A stretch of 64,000 nt of DNA from Marsupella aquatica (Eukaryota > Plantae > Marchantiophyta). Below, in pieces: positions 10,671-22,089 of this stretch (position 1 is its first letter; each line of letters begins with the position of its first letter). The position numbers and the translations under genes were made by a program. Below the pieces are notes generated by a model. That model did no database searches, had not been told where the DNA came from, and was given only the letters and a program-made list of their open reading frames with translations. The stretch is taken from assembly GCA_973895155.1 (NCBI GenBank), contig OZ316898.1:10258286-10322285 (forward strand), in the 5' to 3' direction.

Positions 10671-12653
10671 ATTTCAGCTTTGATTTCAGCTTCACGAAGA
10701 ATTGTGTATACTCGCTAAGTAAACATTCTACGTCACTTGACTGTGTATTCGTTTCACGTACATTGACAGCTTTGTCATCTGCAAATTGGGAATCGGGCAA
10801 TTGGCAATCAGACCACGTTGGAGCATCTCACCTTGCTGCACCGATTATACTCAGGTTCGTTCATACCCTCATGTTTGGCCCCTGATTGAACAGTCAGCTG
10901 ATCAGTCTATTGATTTCTATCTCGTCCTGTAGTTCAGTACTCATGATAGGGGAAAATGACGATTGACCGGCAATAACGGTCCCTTGACTCGAAGGTTGCC
11001 TAGCTCTCTCACCGGACAGGAGAATGATTGATTGTGTTACAGTGAGGAGTTCACCTCCTTCAATAGTTCACTTCCATGATTTCTACGCTGTCGAACCTTG
11101 CATACGTTCATATGCTTATCACTGACGCATCAATTTTGTTTGAGGGGTTGAATAAATAATGAAGATCATGGCGCAGTTTTGTCATCACCCATGAAAGCGT
11201 CTCCATAGTTTCTGCTTAGCTCAGGGGAAATTCTCCTTATACCTCGTCATAGATCCACCAGAAATCAATCTATAGCATCGCTGAGCTTTGTTGTAGGCTA
11301 AGCTGCATGATCTAATTTGAATTTCGTCTTGTATTTTAGATTCTCTGTAACCATCGACTCCTGTTCTAGTAAACGCAGCTAAGGATAGCCTGCTTTTGTA
11401 CAGTGTTGAACATTTTTTCTCGTGTTTGAAGCCATTGAAGACTCCAGTCTCCATAGGTAGTGGACCTGCTATTTAGAGACGGTTTAATTTTATTCAATGA
11501 AGTTTTATAATTCCACTATCTCCTCTATTGTTGTCGACTACTGAAGCCTACTATAGATGTTAGCACATGATTGTAAAGTGATATATGAACAAGACATCAC
11601 GTATCCCAGTAGAATAAATAAAGAGATATTGACTTGATCTCTTTATATTGTAATCGATTGCATGTGATACAGTAGGTCCACCTCCTTCAATATTTGTTGC
11701 ATGTGGGCTTTCTGGCTTTGCCTTGAAACGGAAAGCTTTCTAAACTGCTCACGATCTTGTAGCAGCTACATAAGATCCAAAAAAGTACACAAAAATAGTC
11801 TCCCATGAGTACATAGAGACTAACTTTTGAGTGGATCGAGTACACAAGGATCTATTCCCTTTTCAGGTATCGTCACTCTGCAACTTTATTCCATTTTCAG
11901 GTCTCATCATTCTCCAACTTCATCACAGATTCTGGTTTTGTGCTCATGGTAAAAGCATGGTCCACCTCCGTCAACTAACTCGTTGCTAGCTTGCTTCATG
12001 GACAGGTGCTTCATTGAAAGGTGACATTTTTCATCAACAGTGAGCCCCCGAAACGTACAGTGGTTGCAAAGCATACAAGGTATGAGAGGCATATCGTTGT
12101 TGAATGTGAAGAATTTACTTTAAATGGAGTCGGATAGAATTGTTTGTTACATTTCTTGAGTCACGGTTTGCAACAGTTCATTTCTGGCTTCACCCGAACA
12201 ACAACTTGACAAAGAAAATTGTCATACTTAAAGTGCAGGTTTGAAACAAGCTTCTTCTTCTTTGCAGCGAGAACTAAGGTATACTTTCGTACCCATTATT
12301 ACCTAAATGTACATTTCTTGTACGTACATACTTACTACCATCATATACACTACTTAATATTCAATACAACTCAGAACTTTAGGGTCTACAAAGCTGTAAC
12401 CTTTCTTTGCGTATTTACAAAGCCTAATCCTTCTTTTCCCTCAACTTACTCCATTCATAGCATTTATTGCTTACACTTCGCTTGGTCTACATGAAAGGAG
12501 TGAGTTTATTTTTCAACTCTTGGAACATGCCGGAAAGTGTACCATATATCCCTACCTTGTTAAATTTTTATATTTTTGTCTAGTGCCTATAAAGTAGACC
12601 TCCAAAGGGTGATTATTATTATTACAATTCCTTTCAGGGGCAGGGACTATTCC

Positions 12654-13232
12654 ATGGAGCCTGGCAGAGATGATTTGAAGAACCTTGCAGAGAAATATAT
12701 GGGGAGGATGAAAAAGGCAAAGGAGTACTTGACTCACGCGGAGTCAGTGTTTTGTGAAGAGCTTTGGCCTGCTTTTCAGATAGAGATGTCTATTGCCAAA
12801 AACCTGGGTAGAGAGACCCAGATATTGAAGCATGAAATTGATAGGTTGAAAGTTGAAAACCAGCAGGTTCACAGTGACAACAAGGCATTGGAAGACCTGC
12901 AATCTGAGGTTGTTCAGATACTGCAGAGGACAGGCCAGAAGCCCAGAGCAATCTCTATGGAGAATGCAGCCCCCGCAAAACTTGTGATAGGAGCACGGGA
13001 ACCCCTGGTCCCAATTTCCCCCAATCTATCAAAGATGATTTCACAGAGAATAGATCCAGGAAAGACACATGCGTTGAAGGGCAAAAGTCCTCTTCCACTA
13101 GTAGATTCTTTGGTGTGTAATGCTTATGTGTCAAATAGCACAGGACCATCAATTCATGAGCGTGATGCTCATCCTGCAAAACCTAGGAAAAAACTTTGCT
13201 TGGATAGTGATTCTCTTGGCCTGGGGCCTTGA
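12654..13232 (+). CDS. Harbinger accessory ORF3: uncharacterised coiled-coil protein (192 aa from the first ATG; possible upstream exons)
   Basis: Open frame 12576-13232 inside the TIRs; splice acceptor ttcctttcag before 12638. Heptad-like segment ETQILKHEIDRLKVENQQVHSDNKALEDLQSEVVQIL and basic C-terminal KPRKKL. Phase-compatible upstream exons at 11901-11948, 12041-12079 and 12177-12278; the last has an in-frame TAA at 12229-12231. Confidence 0.7.
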   Translation: MEPGRDDLKNLAEKYMGRMKKAKEYLTHAESVFCEELWPAFQIEMSIAKNLGRETQILKHEIDRLKVENQQVHSDNKALEDLQSEVVQILQRTGQKPRAISMENAAPAKLVIGAREPLVPISPNLSKMISQRIDPGKTHALKGKSPLPLVDSLVCNAYVSNSTGPSIHERDAHPAKPRKKLCLDSDSLGLGP

Positions 13233-13428
13233 TTGTAGGACCAGATCCTTGTGAAAGGAACCTTAGAGGTAGATAGAAGGTCAAACTTATCAAACCTAGC
13301 TAGTTTTGGCAGTGTACTTTCTATACCATTATGATTCATTGTGAAAATAAATAAATGAATTTTTGCTTGATCATTTTGTGAACTTCTTGACAATGATATA
13401 TATTTGCATTTTATCATGTCCTTTTCAG

Positions 13429-14603
13429 ATGATGAGCCAGAACCTGAGTGGCGTTGCAGGCCATAGTGCATCCTCACGACAATGTGAGCCGTTGCGTGAC
13501 TTGGATCTCAACAATGTAGCTACAGCCTGTCCCACTGATGCACCACGGCCTCAAGGAAAGAGTAAGTTGCCAGATTGGACCAACAAGGAGATGAAGGTTC
13601 TCATTGCAGCAAAGCGGAATGAATATCACAATGTTGTTATGGAAGGCTCAACACAGAAGAAGATGACCAGCAGCAAGTTGAAATGGAAAGCTGTGGCAAA
13701 GTTTATGGTGGATGAGGGATTTACTAATCCTATTCGAGATCCAAACTCTTGTAAGAAGAAGTGGCAGATCATTGAGAGCAAGTTCAAATTGATTTATGAT
13801 TATGAGAAGAAGGAGAAAACCGGGCAGATTTCTTACTTTGACATGGATGACAAACAGCGACGCAATGATCAATTCCCCACTAATTTCTCTGTTGACCTGT
13901 ATGAGGAATTGCTAGAGTGGTATGCACGTATTCCTCGTGTTACTCCACCTACAAGGTTTTTATCTGACATTTCTACTATGGACCGGAACCCAAGGCCAGA
14001 TCCGTTCATCTTGTCATCAGAAAGTAAGAAGTTACTTACAAGTTCTTATCTCAATATTGTACTATCAAGTGCAAGTGGGTTTTTGTTTTTTAATTGATTT
14101 CTATTGTGCAAGTAGTTTGTTTGTATGCATCACACATTTTCATGCCCACTAATATTTTTTGTCTCATTTTCTTTACTTTTCTATTTCTTTTATTTGCAGG
14201 TGATGATGTTGAGGTTGATGAACATAGGTCTGTACCTATGAGCCAAAATCACTGCTCACAACCAACACAAGAGAGTGCGGAACAGAACACTGAGCATATT
14301 GGTGGAGTGAGAGAACCATCATCTCCTCAGGAGTTTTCTGGCCCGAGTAAGAGAGGTGTGAAGCGAAAGGCCTTCAAGTCTAGTAGTGACAAACAAGGCC
14401 ATTTGAAAACCATGGCCAACAGTTGTGCGAAGATGGCATCTACGGCCAAGCGTGATAGTGAAATTCGAGAACGTGAGTGTGAAGTTCGAGAACGACAAGA
14501 GAGGGTTTTAACTGCAGCAATCACGACAACAGCCGAGCAGATGACACGTTTGACTGACGTCCTTATGGAGAAGCTTGCTAGTTCTTCACAACCTTCACAA
14601 TAG
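13429..14603 (+). CDS. Myb/SANT-like (trihelix-type) DNA-binding protein of the Harbinger element, ~332 aa
   Basis: Exons 13429-14023 and 14200-14603 join in frame across a phase-1 GT-AG intron. Three-tryptophan Myb/SANT pattern WTNKEMKVLI...KWKAVAKFM...RDPNSCKKKWQII; KRGVKRK NLS-like motif; C-terminal charged helix. Confidence 0.9.
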
Positions 14604-14789
14604 AGACTTAGCATTTGTTTAGTTTGTCTATAGAAGCAAGTACCTACATTTTCATCAAGTGTAGTACAATGGGCCTCACAACTACATAAGACTACATGAT
14701 GACACTTTCATGCACATTTCAATTGAAGTTTTTATTTCAAATTTGCCTTTTGCAATTGGAAAAACATAACTGATCACAGTCTATTATCT

Positions 14790-16130
14790 CTAGTAAGGGG
14801 CAGCACGACGTCTTTGTTGTTCCTGTTCCCACTCTCTCTGAGGGAGCAAATGGTTCATCATTGCAATACGATATCTACGTCCATTATTGTAAGTTTGATG
14901 TGCAGCAGGGGGACCTCCGGGTTCATAAGGGGGGTCTGGGTCTATCCCCCAAGCTGGGTCATAAGCATCTCCACGGTCAATACGGATGTTGTGAAGAATG
15001 CACGCACAAGTAATGTAATGCGGTAGTCGATAAGGAGCTGGCCGATATATTTTGCGTGAAATAAATCTCCAACTATTCTTTAACTGACCAAAAGCACGCT
15101 CCACGCACATCCTGGTTGAGCTCAACATGTAGTTAAATTCCTTCTCCCGGCTATGCTCCATTGCAGAAGGAAAAGGATTTATCAACCACGGATAAGCAGG
15201 GTAGCCAGCATCGCCAATAACATACTCCCCTGTACGAAATCCTGTTGGTGATGTAAATGTTGGACCTGAGAGTTTTGTATGGTGTACCAAAACATCGTTG
15301 CAAAATCCAGATACTTTTAGAAGTCGTGAGTCTTGAATGCTGCCAGGCCATCCTGCAAAGACATCCAAAAAACGAAGGCGACTATCACAAATACCTTGCA
15401 TGGAAATGCTCTGACCATGCTTGTAGTCACGATAATCAATGGAATTCGTTCCAGGAGGTAACTCCACTTGAAAATGAGTCCCATCAATTGCACCACAACA
15501 ATTTGGGAATCCTTGCAGTTGGCGGAATTCTTCTTTCACCATTGCCATGGCCTCTCCTTGTGGCCAACTCAAATGTCTCCCCCTTGCTCGCACAATTATA
15601 GCCTTCACAAATCGCCAAATGACTTCCGATATGCATGGGACAGAAACTCCAAACATCTCTGAAAGTGTCAACAACAAGCAACCACTGGAAAACCGACGAA
15701 GGGCTATGGCAACCTGGCGCTCAACAGACAATGTCCTGTTTGTCAAATTGCGGAGGCCAGGCGGGGGATTTGTTGTCATGTCTTCTCTAACCAGGTCACA
15801 AATGTACATGAACGTTGCCGGTGACACCCGAAACAAATACTTGAAGCGAACAGGATCCTGCTCAATGACATGCGTGAGATACCAGCCACTCCACTCTCTT
15901 GACCTTGGCTCAATGTAATTCCCCGAAATATGATGATAATCTCTGCAAAATGCATGCTGAATAATCTGAAAGAGTCGAAGCAAGTTAGCAAAATGTGAAC
16001 CATTGTCACATCTTTGTGGTATCGAATTATTGGCAAGAAGAGTGTACAATTGTAGTTGCAACAAGAACAATTGCTGCAAAACAAGAATTGTGGACAATAT
16101 TATTTCCAATTCCTCGTTGGAAAGCACCAT
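14790..16130 (-). CDS. PIF/Harbinger (HARBI1-like) DDE transposase, ~446 aa, intact
   Basis: Single open frame with an HTH region (LSVERQVAIALRRF...MFGVSVPCISEVI), catalytic motifs GAIDGTH, GDAGYP and VERAFG, plus GWPGSIQDSR and ACILHN. Likely 5'-UTR intron at 16175-16297. Confidence 0.95.
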   Translation of the reverse strand: MVLSNEELEIILSTILVLQQLFLLQLQLYTLLANNSIPQRCDNGSHFANLLRLFQIIQHAFCRDYHHISGNYIEPRSREWSGWYLTHVIEQDPVRFKYLFRVSPATFMYICDLVREDMTTNPPPGLRNLTNRTLSVERQVAIALRRFSSGCLLLTLSEMFGVSVPCISEVIWRFVKAIIVRARGRHLSWPQGEAMAMVKEEFRQLQGFPNCCGAIDGTHFQVELPPGTNSIDYRDYKHGQSISMQGICDSRLRFLDVFAGWPGSIQDSRLLKVSGFCNDVLVHHTKLSGPTFTSPTGFRTGEYVIGDAGYPAYPWLINPFPSAMEHSREKEFNYMLSSTRMCVERAFGQLKNSWRFISRKIYRPAPYRLPHYITCACILHNIRIDRGDAYDPAWGIDPDPPYEPGGPPAAHQTYNNGRRYRIAMMNHLLPQREWEQEQQRRRAAPY

Positions 16131-16805
16131 TGCCCAATCTCGGGCACCAGCTGAATAGTTTGACCGGAAAAGACCTGCACAAAGAATGAAAGTAAAAATT
16201 AATCTATCAGGCACATTGTGGGTTCGATATTCTTTACACATTGGGGCTTCGGTTTCTTCGCACATTGAAAAGCAGTGAATGAGTTCGTCATACGTACCAA
16301 GAATTCTAATAAATGAAGATCACAATTGCAATGTCGTGCCAAGAGCGAGCAATGTGGATGAAATCGTAAGCACAGTCCCAGCACTGGCGGAGACAACAAA
16401 CGTAGTGGCAAGCCGTCACTCTGCTGGAGTCCTTGAGCACTATGTGTGTTAAATGAGCTGGAGTTCGGAGGTTGCAGAAGTTTGCTGCAGGCCGGGAACA
16501 AGAGAAGTGAGCACTGTGCATGGTAATACGGGAGTTTGAAGAAAGTAGAAATGAGAAGCGAGCATTGTCGCATGTAATCCGGGTTATAGAGGGACATGTG
16601 ACATTTTACAGGGACATCGTTTTTGCTGCAGGAGCTCCCGCATACCGGCCTGTATTCTCAGGGTGGAAACGACAGAGTGGAAACGACAGAGAAGGACATG
16701 CTACCGAGTGGGAGCATTGCACGTATTGATTTGGAAGATTCTGGTTTGATTTGGTCACCTACTTTTTCCCTACATTCGTGGGCAGGTAAGGGCCGGTTTT
16801 TTATA

Positions 16806-16829
16806 GGACTTGCACATGCAAGATGACTC
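16806..16829 (-). repeat. Right TIR of the Harbinger element
   Basis: Reverse complement matches the left TIR; followed by TAA. Confidence 0.93.
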
Positions 16830-17399
16830 TAAGTCGCAAAGTTGTGCTTTGCACTTCTCTTGCAGTTCTGGAACATTGTACTCGTCAGCAGCCACAAAAG
16901 GAGTTCTGCTTGTACTCGTTGCAGCCACAAGGACAAAATTTGTTCGTGCCCTTGGCCAGGTCGGTTATCATTAAAGCACTAACCCGATGCACTATTGCAA
17001 CAAAGTGTATAGAGGTGAGAAAACATGTCCATGTGATGAAAGATGTCGAGGAATTGTAATGTGTAAAAATTCATTACAATGACTTGATATTCAATTGGCC
17101 ACATGGGATTTGATTCAACCAAATTACATGACTTTTTTTTAATACATGGGTCTACAGCCAAACTAGCTAGCTCTTAGGGATTTTATCAAAACTCTTAAAA
17201 ACTTTTAATAATTACAACAAGTTTAGGAATATTTTGTAATTTTATGTGGAAAAATAGGAAAAACCAAACCTTTCATATGACTTCAAACTTTTTAAAAGTG
17301 GAAAACCCAAGTTTTTTCAAATTTTAATTTTGTTTATAGTCAAGTTTTTAGTCCATATAGAAATGTAGACCCCTAACTATTATACAACAGTTGCGTACC

Positions 17400-17760
17400 A
17401 AGGATGTCAATGAGAGAAAGAGATGTCGAGGCCCGTGTCGAGGTAGTAAAAGAAGTTGAGCTGAAAAAAAGAGGTCAATGAAAGAAAGAGATGTTGAAGT
17501 GAAGGAAAGATGAGAACAAGATGTTGAGGGTGAGTGAAATATATTGTGGTGAGATACAAATGTCTAGGTGAAAAAAAATAAGATGTCATGCAAGGTGAAA
17601 ATAATGTTGAAGTGAGTAAAAAATGTAAGCCTGGTGAAAAAAAATGTTGATGAGAAAAAAGATGTCAAGGGTGAGAACAAATGATAGTGGTGAAATAAAG
17701 ATGTCAGTGTGAGAAAAACATTTATACCCGCATGTATGGTGAAATGAGAAAAATATGTTC
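17400..17760. repeat. Degenerate purine-rich minisatellite (aaagatgtc/ggtga units), similar to the array at 22515-22925
   Basis: Recurrent aaaaaagatgt(c/t)...ggtga motifs; absent from the paralogous flank of RLK copy 2. Weaker similar motifs at 18240-18480. Confidence 0.55.
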
Positions 17761-19439
17761 AAGAACTCATACTTTGTACATAGAATTTGGAGACGCCAGA
17801 TAACGGCCACTGCATCATAGAGTCCAAAGCACAAACGAGTGATAGGGAAAAATATTTATTTTCTTTAATGTTTAGAGATAAAAATATTTTATATGTTTTC
17901 TTTATACTCAATTTTTTTTCAAAAATGTAAAGCTAATATCCAATTCTTTACATTTTGATTTTAATAATTTAAATTACAATTAAATTTAATTAAATTCCAA
18001 TCACTCCTTACCCTCATGCATTAACATGCACTCCTTATTACTTTGTCGTGTTGGATCCCTTCTTGCTTGGTAATTGTGCACTCTATTTTCATTCACACTA
18101 AATTAAACTATTATTTTTGGTTTTATTCATTCTCTTTGGTTAGATTCTTTCATGTTTGTCATTTTGGGGGCTGTGCAAATTTGAGTGACCATGCTAAAAA
18201 AAGGCTCAATCGTGTATTATAACTTTTGATGTTGTGATGTCAAAGATGTCATCAAGTACAAAGATATCCTGGACGCAAAGATGTATTTAAATAAAAATAT
18301 GTTATTCAATAAAAATATGTTCATAAGTAAAGGGATATCGTTGGTAACAGATGTTAGATATAAAAGGTTGTTAGTAGAAGATGTTGTTTATGTAACATTT
18401 GTCGTCAACCAAAATGCTGCCAAGTAAAAGATGCCATTCAGTAAAAGATGTTGTTGAGGTGAAAGAAGTTGTTAAGTAAACTATGTTGCTGTGTAAATGG
18501 TGACATTGTTGCACACCCCCAACCCATGCATCCTTAAGTGCAAAACCAAGTGGCAAGACCTAAGGGTAACCAAGGGCTCGGCAAGGAGCAAGAACCAAGG
18601 CAACTTGCCTTGTGTGCAACAATGTGAGTTGTGCCTAGATGTGTTTCCACACAACAAGGACAACCAAGGGCAAAGGCGGGAAAACTACCCTAGAGTTCCT
18701 GACCTATGAAATCTGAATAATAAAGGCGAAATGAGGCAGTGCCACTAAAGCTAAGTCCAATTTTCAGGGAGAACTAAGGGTCTCAAAAGTAATGGCGGGT
18801 TACATGCAACTTAATTGGTTTCAAATACTTTTTTGCGTCATGTTTTCATAAAACTCAATTTCTGGACTCCGTCTCTCTTGGCTTGCTAACTTGCTAGCCA
18901 TATGGAGTTCTAGGAATCTAAGTCATCCAAAACCAAAAAAGCATAAAGAGCCATGGCTGTGCAGAAGATAGTCTGGGGAAGGGATGGTTCCATGGTTCTT
19001 TATGTTGCCTTGTGTGAAGGAAAAGATGCCAAGAATGCTTCTTGTCTAATTTTCTTCAATTAATATTTACTTTGTAACGTTAGACATCCATTTAAGGCCT
19101 GGTTTGACATTGCCCGTCAAATTGGGCAATTTGGGGCGTCAAGCCGTCAACCGGTCGCCCAGTCTCCGAGAGTAGGGGTGGGTTCGGGTGTGAGGGGCTG
19201 CCCGGGCTGGCCCGGGCCAGGTTCGGGCCAGGTGTTTAGGGGTTCGGGAGGCCAGGTCCGGGCCGGGTTTGGGTGGGCTGGGGCGGGGTCCAGGCAGGTC
19301 GGGAGTCCAGGGGAATATTGGGGAATATTTGTCAAACTGGCCATTTTGGGGACGTCATTTGACGGTTTTACGTGCCTGGCAAGCCGACAACTTGCCCGTC
19401 AGGTTAAACCTGGATTTAAGGATAAGAGTCAGGTTCTGG

Positions 19440-19895
19440 TCAAACCACAACTCCCGGTATTTAAGGAGTTGTGGTACTGTAGTGCCATAAAGGGTCATCA
19501 ACAAAACAAAAAGTTTGGCAGGAGGAAGAGGAGAAACAACAAACTTCACTTATTTTTATTTTGACTAATATTTACTTATTTTTGAAACAGAATACACTAG
19601 GCTGTAGATCTCCTCGAGATGTTTAATTTGCACCATACATCGCCTTCTAATATGGAGGACAAGACATTTATTAGCAAAAAACAACGGAAGACGTAGATTT
19701 CAGAAAGGATCAAATCCACGGCCAGGACAGCTTGGATTTGTTTTATTTTCATTTAAAAAATATATAACCATTTTCAGAACAGAAAAAACCCATCCGTAGA
19801 TCTTATTGAGATCTTTCATTTGAACCATAAATCGACTACTAAGGTGGTTGGATGCGATTTACCGAGACACTAAGGCCAGACGGCTCAGATCTTCC
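19440..19895 (-). repeat. Diverged inverted relative of the ~850-bp MITE family at 25053 and 45984
   Basis: The reverse complement shares ordered blocks: gatctgagccgtct, aaagatctcaa, aaacaaatccaagc, ttagaaggcgat, tcctta.ataccgggagttg. Confidence 0.7.
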
Positions 19896-20025
19896 CTTCG
19901 GGCTCCCCTTCCCCCAAACAATTCAAATTTTGAATTCGGCCTTTCATATTGCACCATAATTTGTTTTGTCATGTTTTCTCACAAAATATTAACTAAGTCT
20001 ACCTGTCTGCTTTCTTTGTGAGACT

Positions 20026-20298
20026 GATTGACATCAGTCTACGTTTGAGCCGTAGATTGACATCAGTCTACGTTTGAGCCGTAGATCGGATGGGACGGCA
20101 GAGGCTAGGCATAGCTATGAACACAAACTGAATGGCGCAGGGGCCGGAGGCGCAGGTGCGCTTCCCGATGTTTGCTTCACATGATGGAGGAGCTTGTGGG
20201 GGTTTGTAGTAACCCGGAGTTCCTTGTAGTCGTAGACTCGTAGTTGTGTGGAGGAGCTTGTGGGGGTTTGTAGTAACCCGGAGTTCCTTGTAGTCGTA
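20026..20298 (+). repeat. Two local tandem duplications (29-bp period; 49-bp unit at 65-bp spacing)
   Basis: gattgacatcagtctacgtttgagccgta twice (20026-20086); ggaggagcttgtgggggtttgtagtaacccggagttccttgtagtcgta twice (~20185 and ~20250). Confidence 0.85.
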
Positions 20299-22031
20299 AT
20301 TGTGGTTTAATGGGACCCCCGATCGGATCAGCGGTTGGGTGAGAAAACGGAAGATAGGAAAAGTAGAAAATTTTTCACCAAAGTGACCAAGACGTTTCAC
20401 TAAAATAAAGATATCGCAAAGTCAAAAAATCTTGGGTGAGTAGGACGGTGGTTAGCATAAACCCAGGATGAAACCCTGAAACCTAACTTGCGCGGGCAAA
20501 TGAACCCTTAAAATCTAGTTTTGGCTCTCACTTTACGCAAGGTGTTTCGTTGTCACTACTTTTGGCACTCCAGGGCATTTCAAGAACATATATGGCTTGT
20601 GAATTTCTTATAGATGTGAAGTTTCTGTAAAGAGTGTGACCAGCAATGGAATACCTTTGGATGAGGTCTGATGACGCCACGGGCGTGACACTTTCCCTCC
20701 CTAACATCAGTGGACAAATTTGGTAGTGCAGAGGAACGTGATGACCCAGGGCTTTGCTAATTTGTTGTGTTCCCTGGGTCTGATGCCGCCGATTAGGGAG
20801 CATCTTTGAGTTGCTCTACAACACAGCTACAAGGGATTGAGAAAGCAAGCACGCGGGAACAATTTACCTACCCTTATACCGTCAAGAAATGTCTTCACAG
20901 CAAGTGGCCGGTATGTGGAGATGAATTAATAATACAATCCCTCCTTGTATATGTTGGAACTGTTTGGTCTGCAGATTTCTCAAGGTATGTCGTTCCAAGC
21001 ACAGGAAATGCAGAGTTTAAATCCATCAAATTAAATGGAGTCATTCTGTGTATCAGTGGTTTAAGGATGGAACATTCCTGATGAGACCCTATTCACTTTT
21101 CTGATGAGTGCAATTTTTGATCAGGGACCTTGGGCTGTGAAGTGCACGGATGACGCCAGAGTATCAGAGCTGCTGAAGTTTTGGGACCTGGAACTGAAAT
21201 GATGACACGAATATTGTTTGCAACCCCAAGATCATCCTTCTGTCCTGAAATGCGTAGGAGTGTCATTTCTACAATCGCCCGATTACTTGTAGGAAGAGAG
21301 GAATTTGTTCTGGAGAAAGATATATTGAGCTCTAATAAGCTCCTTGTAATACGTAATCAAATGTGCATTTCCTAGAGGCAGATTTAGCATTCATTCCTCG
21401 AGATGGGGCGTCGTTGTCCTCCAGCTTGTCATGTGTTTTGGTAGATGGGGCGTCGTTGTCCTCCACCTTGTCATTTTTCTTGGCAGATTTCATACGAAAG
21501 CTCTGGACAGTGCCACCAATTCTAATGAATATTGTTGGCCTTCCTTTCCCCTACGTTCTCGAGCATGATCTTTGCCATGAGCCTGTTGTTGCTTTTCTTT
21601 GATCGCCGTCAACCTGCCTAGATGGGAAGTGAAAGTCACCAGCTCATTTTCGCTACTTGATTTATTCTGTAATAATTTCTGCCGGCAGTTTTACTGATGA
21701 TTTAGGATCTGAGGTTTTGGGTCAATTTGACGGGATGCATCTATTTTTCTGATCCTATAGACTTTTTGTATCCTATAGCCTGTTTGCCTCTTCAGTTTTG
21801 TCTCTGGAATCTCTCATTGTATGATTTGGTCAATCTCTTCACGCACGCGTGATGGAATGGTCATCGCATAGAGGGCGTTATGGTGGCAACTACCGTTCAA
21901 GCTACGTTGTTAAGATGATGTGACATGAACGTGCAGCTCTCCCTACCTATAATGGTTTTATAATTTTGCTATTCAGTCCAATTGCAGTCGGCCTGTTGGA
22001 ACCTTGAGTTCTGAAGATTCTTCTCACTCTG

Positions 22032-22084
22032 GGCAGTTGGGCAATTGATCTCTAGGAAGGTGGAGGATCAATTGCCCAACTGCC
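22032..22084. repeat. Perfect 19-bp inverted repeat with a 15-nt loop
   Basis: ggcagttgggcaattgatc (22032-22050) and gatcaattgcccaactgcc (22066-22084). Confidence 0.92.
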
Positions 22085-22089
22085 TATCT

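Larger units (their letters stand above)
10194..16829. mobile_element. Full-length PIF/Harbinger DNA transposon (6636 bp) with three genes
   Basis: TIRs GAGCCATCTTGCATGTGAGAGTCC and GAGTCATCTTGCATGTGCAAGTCC (21/24 match). TAA TSD at 10191-10193 and 16830-16832. Empty paralogous site gatac-TGA-gtcgcaaag at 45065-45081. Encodes a Harbinger transposase and a Myb/SANT protein in convergent orientation. Confidence 0.96.

Noticed and set aside
14094-14199. Hydrophobic 'transmembrane' N-terminus of ORF 14094..14603
   Set aside because: It is the T-rich intron and polypyrimidine tract of the Myb gene translated in frame.
14814-16189. Plus-strand ORFs overlapping the transposase, and similar antisense ORFs over the copia, RLK and KOR exons
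   Set aside because: They are shadow frames of real coding sequence with no independent support.
16131-16265. N-terminal extension of the 491-aa transposase ORF in the ORF track
   Set aside because: It starts at a non-ATG codon and runs through a probable 5'-UTR intron (16175-16297). The ATG at 16130 is the more plausible start.
19147-19564. Pro/Gly-rich ORFs on both strands
   Set aside because: They derive from GC-rich gggttcggg/cccggg subterminal-type repeats of a probable MITE remnant with only weak inverted ends (~19087-19422).
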